A stretch of 64,000 bases of DNA from an uncultured bacterium. Its GTDB lineage: Bacteria > Patescibacteriota > Minisyncoccia > Phycocordibacterales > UBA9973. The stretch lies in assembly GCA_903892035.1 (NCBI GenBank), contig CAITGV010000001.1:91624-155623 (forward strand), given 5' to 3'. Shown here piece after piece: positions 18,675 to 28,694 of the stretch. Position 1 is the stretch's first letter. Each line of letters opens with the position of its first letter. The translations under genes were made by a program, and so were the position numbers. The notes below the pieces were generated by a model. It was not told where the DNA came from and did no database searches. It saw nothing but the letters and a program-made list of their open reading frames with translations.

Positions 18675-19430
18675 ATGATACAAAATAAAATTTTTATATA
18701 CGGTAAACATGCTTTGACCGAAGCCTTGCAAAATAGGCCCCAAGCAGTGAAAAAGATCTTTCTAGCCCCATATGTGGATGATCCAAAACTAAAGGAGCTT
18801 ATACGCAAAGTGGGTATTCCTACGTCACCTTTGGGTGGGAGTAGCGGTAAGATGCCATCTGAAGTAAGCGACAATGCTACACACCAAGGAATTATTGGAC
18901 AAATTTCTCTCTCTGACCTAGTCATTCCTTATGAGAAATTTGTAGAAAATTTAAAAATAAATTCAAATACTGCTCTTGTACTTTTAAATGAAATCCAAGA
19001 TCCGCACAATGTCGGTGCCGTCATCCGTTCTGCTGCTGCATTTGGTATTGCTGGAGTTCTTATTCCAGAACACAACCAAGCACCTATCACAGGCGCTGTG
19101 GTGAAAGTTTCTGCAGGAATGGCATTTCGTATTCCAATCGTTTCAATAGGAAATGAAAACCACATAATTCGTGATTTGAAAGATAAAGGTTTCTGGACTT
19201 ACGGCCTCGCAGGAGAAGGAGCAAAATCTCTCAATGAAGAAAAATTTGATGCTCCATCACTCTTTATCCTCGGCAACGAAGGTGCGGGCATCCGCGCCAA
19301 AACTCGCGAACTCTGTGATGTCCTCCTTTCTATCCCAATGCACCCTCAATGCGAATCTCTAAACGCCGCCACAGCAATGGCCATCACCCTCTACGCCTGG
19401 AGCGCCCAGCACAAGGGAGCACTGAAATAA
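18675..19430 (+). CDS. rlmB: SpoU/TrmH-family rRNA 2'-O-methyltransferase (RlmB-like)
   Basis: N-terminal L30e-like substrate-binding domain, then SpoU motifs (DPHNVGAVIRSAAAFG, GNEGAGI). Confidence 0.75.
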   Translation: MIQNKIFIYGKHALTEALQNRPQAVKKIFLAPYVDDPKLKELIRKVGIPTSPLGGSSGKMPSEVSDNATHQGIIGQISLSDLVIPYEKFVENLKINSNTALVLLNEIQDPHNVGAVIRSAAAFGIAGVLIPEHNQAPITGAVVKVSAGMAFRIPIVSIGNENHIIRDLKDKGFWTYGLAGEGAKSLNEEKFDAPSLFILGNEGAGIRAKTRELCDVLLSIPMHPQCESLNAATAMAITLYAWSAQHKGALK

Positions 19431-19450
19431 AAGGTTCTTCTAATAAATTT

Positions 19451-20464
19451 CTATAGCCACCTCATTTTTGGCGAAGGAGTATTGTTAAGTTTTCCATTTA
19501 AACAACTAAAATAAATAGTTTGAGCAGGAAACACTGGTGTTGGACAAAAGTTTTTGTAATCTGGACTAGAACTATTCAATACCTGCCCATTAACCTTCTG
19601 CTTTCCACTACAAACATCTTCAAAGGGTTTTACATCACTTTCAAATTTTATATACCCGTTTCCAGAAAAAGTACTACTATTACTGTTTATGTTATCCCAA
19701 ACAAAAGATATGTTATTAAAAATTCCAGTACTATAACCATTTGCACTCTTGTTGCTTTCATCTATTTTTACACCCTGTTTGGCAACATTAGTTTTAGTCT
19801 GAAGATAAATGCCACTACCGCTACTATTGACATTAGGCACAGAAAAATCAAAACTTTGACCTACATCATTTCCTGAAAAATCAATACCCATTTGCCAATT
19901 TACAGGACCAGATTTGCCATCTACATACTCACCATTTATTCTGCAGTCAGATTGAGTAAAACTGTATTGTTTACCATTATAACTAATATCAGTATTCTTG
20001 GTTTTTTGATAAGTAGGTACCGTTGAATTAGCTGGAGGCATGACGTCACACGGGAAATAACCAGTGCAATGATTCGAATGGATAGCTGTATTTTTATAAA
20101 ATGAATAAGCAAAATAACCTCCGACAAGAAGTCCAAATAGAACTAAAACTACAATAATCCACTTTTTGGATTTATGTGAAGTCGGAGTAGGGTTTTCATG
20201 GATAACAACAGGTTCAGCAATTGCTGGAGTTGGAGTTGGAACAAAGGTTTGTGGCTGGATTACTTGCGGTTGTGGAGTTTGTATTGGTGGCGGAGGAGGA
20301 ACACTTTTTGGAATTGGCATTCCAGTCTTTGCAATTTCAGCGAGAGCTTGGTCGACATCAAATGCCATCCAGCCTTGAGTAGAGAGATCTTTTCTATACT
20401 GCGTTTCTGGAATCCCAAGCTCTATCTGCTTTTTAACGTATTCCAAAAGTTCTGGATTTATCAT
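19451..20464 (-). CDS. membrane protein with Pro-rich linker and extracytoplasmic Ser/Asn-rich domain
   Basis: Cytoplasmic helical N-domain, PPPPPIQTPQP linker, one TM helix, then a beta-rich domain. Confidence 0.4.
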   Translation of the reverse strand: MINPELLEYVKKQIELGIPETQYRKDLSTQGWMAFDVDQALAEIAKTGMPIPKSVPPPPPIQTPQPQVIQPQTFVPTPTPAIAEPVVIHENPTPTSHKSKKWIIVVLVLFGLLVGGYFAYSFYKNTAIHSNHCTGYFPCDVMPPANSTVPTYQKTKNTDISYNGKQYSFTQSDCRINGEYVDGKSGPVNWQMGIDFSGNDVGQSFDFSVPNVNSSGSGIYLQTKTNVAKQGVKIDESNKSANGYSTGIFNNISFVWDNINSNSSTFSGNGYIKFESDVKPFEDVCSGKQKVNGQVLNSSSPDYKNFCPTPVFPAQTIYFSCLNGKLNNTPSPKMRWL

Positions 20465-20509
20465 TGTTTTATTATATAACACAAAAAAACTTATTACTAC
20501 ATATAGCAC

Positions 20510-20665
20510 CTCTGACGGCCGTCCGAAGTGCTACCTTTACCCACGACACCAGGTGTCGTGGGTTTACCGATTTTCCGCTATCGCGGATTTTCGGTAAATT
20601 TTACCAAGGGCTCCCCTTTGTAAACAGTAAGTCCCCGGAATAAATTAATACTCTACGGGGACCAC
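20510..20665. other. GC-rich, highly structured intergenic element (candidate ncRNA or REP-like cluster)
   Basis: At least 4 hairpins or palindromes: AGCACCTCTGACGG/CCGTCCGAAGTGCT, CCCACGACACC/GGTGTCGTGGG, TACCGATTTTCCGC/GCGGATTTTCGGTA, GTCCCCG/CGGGGAC. Confidence 0.4.
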
Positions 20666-20899
20666 TTAATGCGACTTTTTTGTTTTGATAATATCGTTTA
20701 GTAAGTCGGAGTAATAAGCAGATATATACAAAGTAATAGTGCTCACGAGCAATATAAGTGGTAGAAAAAATGAAACTTTACCACCAATTGCAAAACCTAA
20801 TGCCACCATTGTACCCTTCGCAAAAATTGCACCGAGAAACGATAAAATAAAACAAATCCATGTGTAATGGACAACCTTTTTTTGTGCCATATCTTTCAA
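20666..20899 (-). CDS. small two-TM membrane protein
   Basis: Hydrophobic helices. No motif. Confidence 0.3.
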   Translation of the reverse strand: MKDMAQKKVVHYTWICFILSFLGAIFAKGTMVALGFAIGGKVSFFLPLILLVSTITLYISAYYSDLLNDIIKTKKSH

Positions 20900-20952
20900 T
20901 TTTTACTAACCCTATCAGCAGGAAAAGCCTATGTCAACCTGGCAGGTTAACA

Positions 20953-22164
20953 TTACCACACGTTTTCTTTGAATTTTTTGATGTAGTTTAGTTGGCGGAA
21001 AAACATATAAAGCATGCGAAGAAAACCTGCATCTTTATTATAGTATAAAGGATTCACATAATTACCTGCTTTTATGAGCGACATTGCTTCGTCGCGTATA
21101 GCAATGTTCCCGACAAAATTTCGAATAACGATATGAGGAACAACAGTAAAAAGCATTGGTTTATTTATGAGTGCCAGCGAAAGCTCTTTTTTGTAAATAA
21201 TGTCATCAACTAAATACTTCGCGAGATTGTACCCGCAAGCTACAACATAAAAACTACTTCTCCCCTGTCTGACATTTACTTCAAAAATTTTAAATTTTCC
21301 ATCTCGTGTATCGTATTTAATATCAAAATTTGCAAAACCAACATAACCAATATCTTCAAGAAAATTTTTTAATTTCATCATCATCTCTTCATTGTATCTG
21401 GCAATCACAGAACAATAATTACCAATTGCAGTTTTTGTATGCTCCTGAAGAACAACTTGTCCAAAAGAAATTAATTTTGCTTTACCATCACGCCCACAAT
21501 AAAAAACACTATCCCACATAAAAGTATCGTCACCTGGAATAAAATCTTGAATTATAAGCTCATCTACATAACCACTAGCGACAATTGAGGAAATATTTTT
21601 CTGTAGTTCTTCCATACTCTCAGGTCTGTAAACTTTCTGCTGGCCATCGAAGTGACATTTTAGATAATTCACACCATTTGAAGGCTTAATAATTACTGGA
21701 AATTTTGTTATAGGCAGAACCTTGTCGTCATTTGCACAAGAATAAATAAAAGTCTCCGGAAAATCTACATTGTGAATTTTGCATAATTCATAAAAATTCT
21801 TTTTAACTAAAATCTTATTCAATAATTCTTCATTTATATAATTGAAAACAAAATACTTTTTTAATTCTTCTGTATTTTCAATTATAAGACGAACATAAAA
21901 ATCATTGGTTCCAACAAGTACCAATTTTTGATTTTTATAATCATATTTTTCTGCGACAGAAATCATTGTTTTCATAAATGAATCCGTATCCCAAAGAGCA
22001 TCATGAAGCACTATATCGCGAATAATTTTACTGTATTTTACAAATGGCAAAAGCATCTTACCAATGATTACAGGCTTTGTGCCGTAAGCTTCGTGAAATG
22101 CTCTCGACATCGAGTAAGCATTTATATCTGTTCCAATGATTATTGGAATGAAATCTTCTTTCAT
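20953..22164 (-). CDS. ATP-grasp domain protein (carboxylate-amine ligase-like)
   Basis: ATP-grasp core (FPVIIKPSNG ... FEVNVRQGRS). Confidence 0.5.
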   Translation of the reverse strand: MKEDFIPIIIGTDINAYSMSRAFHEAYGTKPVIIGKMLLPFVKYSKIIRDIVLHDALWDTDSFMKTMISVAEKYDYKNQKLVLVGTNDFYVRLIIENTEELKKYFVFNYINEELLNKILVKKNFYELCKIHNVDFPETFIYSCANDDKVLPITKFPVIIKPSNGVNYLKCHFDGQQKVYRPESMEELQKNISSIVASGYVDELIIQDFIPGDDTFMWDSVFYCGRDGKAKLISFGQVVLQEHTKTAIGNYCSVIARYNEEMMMKLKNFLEDIGYVGFANFDIKYDTRDGKFKIFEVNVRQGRSSFYVVACGYNLAKYLVDDIIYKKELSLALINKPMLFTVVPHIVIRNFVGNIAIRDEAMSLIKAGNYVNPLYYNKDAGFLRMLYMFFRQLNYIKKFKENVW

Positions 22165-22165
22165 G

Positions 22166-23836
22166 TTATTTCCCGCCTCTTCGGCGGGTCGCCGAAGAGG
22201 CGACTTTGATGAATGCTGTAAAAAGAGGGTGCGGTCTCAAAGGACGTGCTAAAAATTCTGGATGAAATTGAGTTCCTAAAAAGAATGGATGTTTCTCAGT
22301 TGGCAATTCGGCAATTTCCATAAGTGTTTTGTCTGGTGAACAACCAGAAAAAACTAAACCAGCTTTTTCAATATCAGCAATGTATTTTGGATTTACTTCG
22401 TAACGATGGCGATGGCGTTCTACTATCTCGCTTGATCCATATGCTTTGCGAGCTATACTTCCACTCTTAATCTGCGCTTTATATTCTCCAAGACGCATGC
22501 TTCCACCATAGCGCTTATTGCGAAGATTTTCTTTTTGATTTTCAATAATATCAATAACAGGATGCGGAGTTTTTGCATTTACCTCTACTGTGTGCGCATC
22601 TTTCAATTTCGCAACATTTCTAGCGTATTCGATTACAGCCAATTGCATTCCGTAACAAAGTCCGAAATATGGTATTTTATTTTCCCTTGCATAACGAATG
22701 ACATTTATCATTCCCTCAATACCACGAGAACCAAAACCCCCAGGAACGATAATACCATCATATTTTTTCAAATTTGAAACTGATTTTGGATCCTTTTCAT
22801 AATCCATAGCATTTAGCCATGTAAGCACTGGTTTTTTATTTTGAGTATAAGCAGAATATTTTAGAGCTTCAATAACTGAAAGATAAGAATCCGCGAGTAA
22901 ATATTCGCCTGTTTCAAAATATTTTCCAATGACTGCAATATGAATTTCGTCTTTTGCATTGTGAACTTTTTTTGTAAAATTCTTCCACTCTTTTGCGCTA
23001 GGCATCACAGTACTTGAACACTGCATTCCTCCAAGTTCGCAAAGTAAATCTGACAAACCATCCTTTTCAAAATTTTCTGGTACATCATAAATACTTTGTA
23101 CGTCTGGAGCAGAAATAACTCGCCCAGGTGAAATATTGCAAAACAAAGCTAATTTTTCTTTGCGTTTTGCATCAAGAGGAGAATTCCCTCTTGCAATAAG
23201 TATATCTGGTTGAATTCCTGAAGCATTTAAAGTACGGACTGCGTGCTGTGTTGGTTTTGTTTTCATTTCTCCTACAGTTGTAGGAACTGGCAAATATGAA
23301 ACCATTACAAAAATCACATCTCTTGGATTTTTTATTTTCATCATACGGGCAGCTTCAAGGAAAAGCATATTTTGATATTCACCAATTGTTCCGCCAATTT
23401 CTACAACCACAACATCAGCTTCAGATTGTTTCTGAGCAAGCTCAATGCGACGAATTACTTCCAAAGGAATATGCGGTACAACTTCCACACACTTGCCACC
23501 GTATTCTAAATTTCTCTCTTTTTCAATGACAGTCTGATACACACGACCAGTAGTCATATAATTTGTACGTGTAAGATCAATATTTAAAAATCTTTCATAA
23601 TTCCCCATATCTTGATCTGTCTCGTCTCCATCATTTAAAACAAAAACTTCCCCGTGTTCAGTCGGGTTCATTGTGCCTGCATCGATATTTATATATGGGT
23701 CGATTTTTATTGCAGTCGCTTTTTGACCTCGGTCTTGTAAAATTTTAGCTATCGAAGATGCTGCGACTCCTTTGCCGACACCTGAGATTACACCACCCAC
23801 AACAAATATGAATTTTGGATTATCTTTTTTCTGCAT
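22166..23836 (-). CDS. pyrG: CTP synthase
   Basis: N-terminal synthetase domain (FVVGGVISGVGKG) and C-terminal GATase domain (GLCYGMQ). Confidence 0.9.
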   Translation of the reverse strand: MQKKDNPKFIFVVGGVISGVGKGVAASSIAKILQDRGQKATAIKIDPYINIDAGTMNPTEHGEVFVLNDGDETDQDMGNYERFLNIDLTRTNYMTTGRVYQTVIEKERNLEYGGKCVEVVPHIPLEVIRRIELAQKQSEADVVVVEIGGTIGEYQNMLFLEAARMMKIKNPRDVIFVMVSYLPVPTTVGEMKTKPTQHAVRTLNASGIQPDILIARGNSPLDAKRKEKLALFCNISPGRVISAPDVQSIYDVPENFEKDGLSDLLCELGGMQCSSTVMPSAKEWKNFTKKVHNAKDEIHIAVIGKYFETGEYLLADSYLSVIEALKYSAYTQNKKPVLTWLNAMDYEKDPKSVSNLKKYDGIIVPGGFGSRGIEGMINVIRYARENKIPYFGLCYGMQLAVIEYARNVAKLKDAHTVEVNAKTPHPVIDIIENQKENLRNKRYGGSMRLGEYKAQIKSGSIARKAYGSSEIVERHRHRYEVNPKYIADIEKAGLVFSGCSPDKTLMEIAELPTEKHPFFLGTQFHPEFLARPLRPHPLFTAFIKVASSATRRRGGK

Positions 23837-23837
23837 T

Positions 23838-24761
23838 TTATTTTTTTAAATATTTTCTAATTGCCAAATAACTTGAAATGATACCAATGAGCACTCCTGA
23901 AAGTAATGCGATACTGAAAATTTGAAAGAAGCTTCCGGTAAAATAATTAAAAGCATTAATTCCCAAGAAATCGGAGAAATTTTTTCCAAGCCAAAGCGTA
24001 ATAGGAACAAAAATCACCATTGTCGCAACCGAAGCAATAATACCATAAATTATGCCAGCAATCATATAGGGACCAGTAATGTGCTTATTTTCAGCCCCTA
24101 CAAGCCTCATTACCCCTATTTCCTCTCGAGACATGAATATTGTGAGGCGAATAGTATTGAATGTTATAATTATAGAAATCAACACTAAAATAAGTGTGAC
24201 AGCGAAACCTAAAGCGTGAGCTCCTTTAGTAATTGCATTCAGGCGGTCTATCACAAATTTATTTTGAGTATAATCAATTTTGTCTATTATATGTGTTCCG
24301 TCTTTTGCTAAGCTACTATCATTGTCTAATACACCCACGATACTTTCATACTGAGTAGGATCTTTTGCTTTGATATTCATAACAGCACCAAAAGGATTTG
24401 TACCGACTTCATCTAGAGCTTGAATAATCAACGAATCGTCTTTATGCCTATCACGAAAATCTTGGAGAACTTGATCCTCTGGTGTATAAGCAACACTTGC
24501 CACTTCCCCCAATTTTTCTAAATTTGATTTTAGTGACAAAATCTGAGTTTCCGAAGCATCAGTCGTAAAATAAACTGTGACATCAATTTTTTTCTGCAAA
24601 CCTGAAAGTGATGAAGTAAGTACTGCTTGTAAAAAAATCAAAGTAGTGATAACAGAAATTGTAATTGTCATTACGAGCACTGAAGCAAGCGAAGTAGCTC
24701 CGCTTCTTTTAAAATTTTTCCAACCAGAACGTATAATTCTTTTTGTATCTGTCCAAAGCAT
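23838..24761 (-). CDS. ftsX: cell-division permease FtsX
   Basis: FtsX-like topology: TM, large periplasmic loop, then 3 TM. Adjacent to ftsE. Confidence 0.8.
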   Translation of the reverse strand: MLWTDTKRIIRSGWKNFKRSGATSLASVLVMTITISVITTLIFLQAVLTSSLSGLQKKIDVTVYFTTDASETQILSLKSNLEKLGEVASVAYTPEDQVLQDFRDRHKDDSLIIQALDEVGTNPFGAVMNIKAKDPTQYESIVGVLDNDSSLAKDGTHIIDKIDYTQNKFVIDRLNAITKGAHALGFAVTLILVLISIIITFNTIRLTIFMSREEIGVMRLVGAENKHITGPYMIAGIIYGIIASVATMVIFVPITLWLGKNFSDFLGINAFNYFTGSFFQIFSIALLSGVLIGIISSYLAIRKYLKK

Positions 24762-24765
24762 AAAT

Positions 24766-25446
24766 TTATATTATATATTTTCCATTTTTATCATCTCGAA
24801 CGACTTTACCTTTTTCGAGTGTAACTACACGCTTACCTATTGCATCTATCACTCCGCGATTGTGTGTTGTTAAAATTACCGTAGTACCAAGCTCGTTTAT
24901 TCTTTTTAAAATTTCTACAACTTCGTGTGTGCTTACTGGATCGAGATTTCCTGTTGGCTCATCGGCAATAATTATTTCTGGTTGATTTATAATTGCGCGT
25001 GCAATTGCAAGACGTTGACGCTCTCCCCCTGAAAGCTGATGCGGGAAATGGTTAGACTTATTTCCAAGATCAACAAGCTCAAGAACATGAGGAACGTCAC
25101 TCAAAATTTCTTCATCAATCTTTCCTGCTGCTTCCATAGCAAAAGCAATATTTTCATACGCAGTTTTATTTGGCAAAAGTCTAAAATCCTGAAAAACAAC
25201 ACCAATCTTTCGGCGAAGTTTTGTAATTTCTTTACTGTTTAACTTGTGAATATCCACAGATTCAAAAAAAACTGAGCCATCTGTAGGCTTCTCTTCGGCT
25301 AAAATCAATTTTACAAGTGTTGTCTTTCCAGCTCCTGAGTGCCCGACAATGGATACAAATTCCCCCGCAAACACAGTAAGGGTCACATTTTCAAGCGACG
25401 GCGAGTCTTTTGGATACACCTTTGAAACATTGTTGAAATAAATCAT
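24766..25446 (-). CDS. ftsE: cell-division ABC ATPase FtsE
   Basis: Walker A GHSGAGKTT, ABC signature LSGGERQR, Walker B IIADEPT. Confidence 0.9.
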   Translation of the reverse strand: MIYFNNVSKVYPKDSPSLENVTLTVFAGEFVSIVGHSGAGKTTLVKLILAEEKPTDGSVFFESVDIHKLNSKEITKLRRKIGVVFQDFRLLPNKTAYENIAFAMEAAGKIDEEILSDVPHVLELVDLGNKSNHFPHQLSGGERQRLAIARAIINQPEIIIADEPTGNLDPVSTHEVVEILKRINELGTTVILTTHNRGVIDAIGKRVVTLEKGKVVRDDKNGKYII

Positions 25447-25546
25447 AATTAATCTCCTGATTATACCGCATTAACAGCAAAGATAGAAGCGTGAGTCTAA
25501 TTAATTTATATAATTGCAATTATCATTATAGTATTATATAATGTGT

Positions 25547-25603
25547 TTATTAGAGAGGTTGCCTCTCTTGCTCGCAAGAGCCGATAGCCCCGCAAGGGGC
25601 TAT
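25547..25603. terminator. tandem hairpins downstream of the mazF-like gene (minus-strand transcript)
   Basis: ATAGCCCC-GCAA-GGGGCTAT and CTCTTGC..GCAAGAG stems. Confidence 0.5.
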
Positions 25604-25992
25604 TATAGTTTATAGAGCTTTTTAAAATAAATCTCAATATTGCTATATTCTTCATCTGAAAGAGTATACTTATATTCTGTTAGTCTTCTTTTGTCAAAAC
25701 TTCTTATTTGATAAATTAAAGCTGTATGTAATTTTCCATCATTTGTTTTAATAATACAGGAATATTTTCTACTTTTAATTTTTGAAGTAAGCGGAATTCC
25801 TATAAAACTCTCATTGCCTTCAGCATTTATTACTAAAACTGGTCTTGTGTAATCATCACCTTTCCCAAATACTTCACTCCCCACATTAATACCAACACTG
25901 CACCACCATATTTCTTTTTCTTTAGGGTGATTGTATTTTTCATTTCCATCAATTTTAATTTTTTTCTTGTTCCAACTATCAAAATCTTTCAT
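25603..25992 (-). CDS. MazF/PemK (EndoA-like) endoribonuclease toxin-family protein, with no obvious antitoxin
   Basis: GSEVFGKGDDYTRPVLVIN ... IRSFDKRRLTE matches MazF/EndoA conserved blocks. Confidence 0.65.
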   Translation of the reverse strand: MKDFDSWNKKKIKIDGNEKYNHPKEKEIWWCSVGINVGSEVFGKGDDYTRPVLVINAEGNESFIGIPLTSKIKSRKYSCIIKTNDGKLHTALIYQIRSFDKRRLTEYKYTLSDEEYSNIEIYFKKLYKL

Positions 25993-26074
25993 TAAAATAT
26001 TTTAACATATTTTATTAATAATAAAAAAATGGCCCAGACTTATCATCTGAACCATTTTCAATTTACCTTTAGAC

Positions 26075-27007
26075 CTAAAAAATTATTCTTTTACCGTATT
26101 GCAAAAATTTTTCTTCATTTGACTCGTCGTCATACCCAACAATAATCTCCTGAGGGCTCGAAGCGTAAAATGATGCAAACCCTAAGGAGTTAAGTTCGTC
26201 AGATAAACTCAAAGCAATAGATTCATCAAGATTTTGCAAACCTATTAATGAATTTTTTGCATGACTTTTTAACGCATACAAACGAATCATTACAGAATCA
26301 GGAGAAAATTGATTTCTTATCTCCTCTGGATTTACAAGCGAGTATCCTTGCATCATCGTAAAAGTGAGAGTAATTTTTCTTCCAGTTTCTTGTTTAAACT
26401 TGTCAGCATAATGAGAAACAACCTTAACAGGCATAAGATTTGCCTTTGCAATTTTTTTACGCATTTCATCATTACTAGCTAATAGTGAAACTTGCATATG
26501 AAATCGTTTGTCAGGATTATACTCAGTAAATTCAATCATACGATCAAAATTCTTATGCACAATCTGAGCATTTGGAAGTGTCGAAGAAAACTTTAAATAG
26601 CTAAACAAATCTCCAAGAACTGCATACTCTACAATTTCAGAAAAGTTTGAATTTAATAAAACTTCTCCCCCATCAGTAAAAGACAACTTAAATTTTTCAT
26701 TATTTGAAAAATTAAAATGATCTGGGAATTTTTTTGCAACAGCAAGTACTAAACTAACTTGTTGTTTTAAGTGTTTTACTCCCAGATTTTCAGAAAACTT
26801 TGGTAGGTTGCAAAACATACAACCCACAGCACAACCAACCTGCGTTGATACTTCAATAGTCCAATTATTTCCATTACTATTTCTAATAGGAAACAATATC
26901 ACTGCAACTTTTTCCTTTTTTTCAGGAAACTGAATAAAAGAAATGATTGTTTTACGTAATGGGTCATGGTAATTGCCCATAAAAATTTTTGTTTGATTTT
27001 TCTCCAT
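26075..27007 (-). CDS. radical SAM protein, RlmN/Cfr-like (N-terminally short)
   Basis: QVGCAVGCMFC (Cx3Cx2C), closely matching the RlmN motif. Confidence 0.5.
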   Translation of the reverse strand: MEKNQTKIFMGNYHDPLRKTIISFIQFPEKKEKVAVILFPIRNSNGNNWTIEVSTQVGCAVGCMFCNLPKFSENLGVKHLKQQVSLVLAVAKKFPDHFNFSNNEKFKLSFTDGGEVLLNSNFSEIVEYAVLGDLFSYLKFSSTLPNAQIVHKNFDRMIEFTEYNPDKRFHMQVSLLASNDEMRKKIAKANLMPVKVVSHYADKFKQETGRKITLTFTMMQGYSLVNPEEIRNQFSPDSVMIRLYALKSHAKNSLIGLQNLDESIALSLSDELNSLGFASFYASSPQEIIVGYDDESNEEKFLQYGKRIIF

Positions 27008-27049
27008 TTTTTAAGTTTTAAGTTAATTATTTATTTAATTATTAAAGTA

Positions 27050-27090
27050 CAAAATAAAAGCCCTTCGGAGACCGAAGGGCTTTTATTTGG
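27050..27090. terminator. bidirectional rho-independent terminator
   Basis: AAAAGCCCTTCGG-AGA-CCGAAGGGCTTTTATTT. Confidence 0.7.
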
Positions 27091-27221
27091 ATTCCTTAGA
27101 GATTCACTTTTAAGAAATAGCAATAAAAACCCTCCAGTTGAAGGACTTCTTTGCTTTCTTATTTGTGAATATAAAACTCATATAATTACAATAGCATATT
27201 GATAAAATATGTCAAATTTCT

Positions 27222-28106
27222 TTATAGCTTTTTTTCGGCTTCGATGAAAGCGTCGAGGTCGCCTTCTTCGAGTACTCCTTTAACATCAGAGGTTTCAACC
27301 CCTGTACGGAGGTCTTTTACGAGTTTGTAGGGGTGCAGGACGTAGTTTCTTATTTGATTTCCCCACTCTATCTCAGTCGCTTTACCCATTTGCATACTTT
27401 CGACAAGCGACTTGCGTTCGTCTTCGGCTTTTTTGAAAAGTTTTCCACGGATTATTTCCATTGCTCTTTCACGATTTTGTTCTTGTGAGCGTTCTTCGCG
27501 CACATGAGCTGAAATACCTGTAGGCTTGTGAACAACTCGCACTGCTGTTTCTCTTTTGTTCACATTTTGCCCTCCAGGACCCCCTGCTCGCGCAAAATCA
27601 AATTCCAAATCACCTTCATTGAGCTCTGGCATCATGGCTTTTGGAATTTTGGGAATAACTTCAACTAAAGCAAAACTAGTACTTCGTTTTCCTTTTGAGT
27701 TAAAAGGCGAATTTCGCACCAAGCGGTGCACCCCGCTCTCCTTCTTTAGGGTGCCATAAGTATTTTTACCTTCTATCTCAAGAGTAATATTTCTATAACC
27801 TCCATGATCATTTATATTTTCGTGGCGAATACTATATGAAAAATTTTGTTTTAAAAAATATTTTGCATACATTTCAAAAAGCATTCGTGCAAAATCTTCT
27901 GCATCATCGCCTCCTGCACCTGAGATAATGGTCAGTATTGCATTACCTCGATCAAAAACTGCAACACCTTCTTTTTTATTTTTTAATTCATTTAGTTCTC
28001 GAACTTTTGCTTGAGCTTCTACTTTGTTTTCCCAAAAGTTTGCCTGAGCCATTTCATTTTCAAGCTCTTCGATTTTTTGATCTATGGATTTTATTTCTTC
28101 TTTCAT
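27222..28106 (-). CDS. prfB: peptide chain release factor 2 (short N-terminus, no frameshift site seen)
   Basis: GGQ motif (GGQNVNK) and SPF motif. The ATG lies 2 nt after the upstream stop. Confidence 0.85.
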   Translation of the reverse strand: MKEEIKSIDQKIEELENEMAQANFWENKVEAQAKVRELNELKNKKEGVAVFDRGNAILTIISGAGGDDAEDFARMLFEMYAKYFLKQNFSYSIRHENINDHGGYRNITLEIEGKNTYGTLKKESGVHRLVRNSPFNSKGKRSTSFALVEVIPKIPKAMMPELNEGDLEFDFARAGGPGGQNVNKRETAVRVVHKPTGISAHVREERSQEQNRERAMEIIRGKLFKKAEDERKSLVESMQMGKATEIEWGNQIRNYVLHPYKLVKDLRTGVETSDVKGVLEEGDLDAFIEAEKKL

Positions 28107-28107
28107 A

Positions 28108-28689
28108 TTATATTGCACCAAGCTCACGAAAAGCATCTTCGTAAACACGGATAGTCTGCATAGCCTCATTTTGGCTTAACTTAAAATCTGTACCTTCGTG
28201 GGCAATACGATTGCGAACCTTGTGAGCTTCCCAGAGTCTTTGAAAATTTGCAATATCTCCAGATGGAATATTTTGCATTCTCTCACCCAATGTGTCCCCC
28301 GTGTATCCACGTCCATCAACTACTTCATCTAAAATTGTATCGGCTTCAAGAATTGCCATGCGCCAGTCAGAAGGATTGTCAGAATTAATATGATTTAAAA
28401 CATTTTGCCATTTTGGATTTTGAGATTGATGTTTTTCTTCTGTTGCTGCCATTGCTACTGCATGCTCAATATGCCTGTGTTCATTTTTCCAAATTTCCAA
28501 CATTCGCACTAAGGCATAAATAATAACTGCCAAAAAAAATGCTCCAGCAAAACCAAAAATAAATTGTATTTTTGATGCTAAATGAGTATCGATTGAGTAA
28601 ACTTTAAAATTATCAAAAAAGTGAAGTACCTGATTGAAGAAATATTCAACATTTCCATAGGTTGGGTCTACTGTGAGTCCATTGTTCAT
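28108..28689 (-). CDS. membrane-anchored hypothetical protein with HEPN-like Rx4-6H motif
   Basis: TM helix, then a C-terminal helical domain containing [10 protein letters not shown]. Confidence 0.35.
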   Translation of the reverse strand: MNNGLTVDPTYGNVEYFFNQVLHFFDNFKVYSIDTHLASKIQFIFGFAGAFFLAVIIYALVRMLEIWKNEHRHIEHAVAMAATEEKHQSQNPKWQNVLNHINSDNPSDWRMAILEADTILDEVVDGRGYTGDTLGERMQNIPSGDIANFQRLWEAHKVRNRIAHEGTDFKLSQNEAMQTIRVYEDAFRELGAI

Positions 28690-28694
28690 ATCAA

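Noticed and set aside
18640-18680. Apparent TTGACC...TATGAT promoter upstream of rlmB
   Set aside because: The TATGAT hexamer contains the rlmB start codon itself. The spacing to TTGACC is 20 nt. It is not a convincing -35/-10 pair.
18602-18925. 107-aa minus-strand ORF overlapping the rlmB start
   Set aside because: It is antisense to a conserved gene and has no features. It is most likely spurious.
27222-28169. Possible programmed +1 frameshift or N-terminal extension of prfB (ORF open to 28169)
   Set aside because: The upstream in-frame stretch is just the overlapping 3' end of the neighbouring gene in another frame. No CUU-UGA-C shift site or separate short upstream ORF is present. prfB simply starts 2 nt after the upstream stop.
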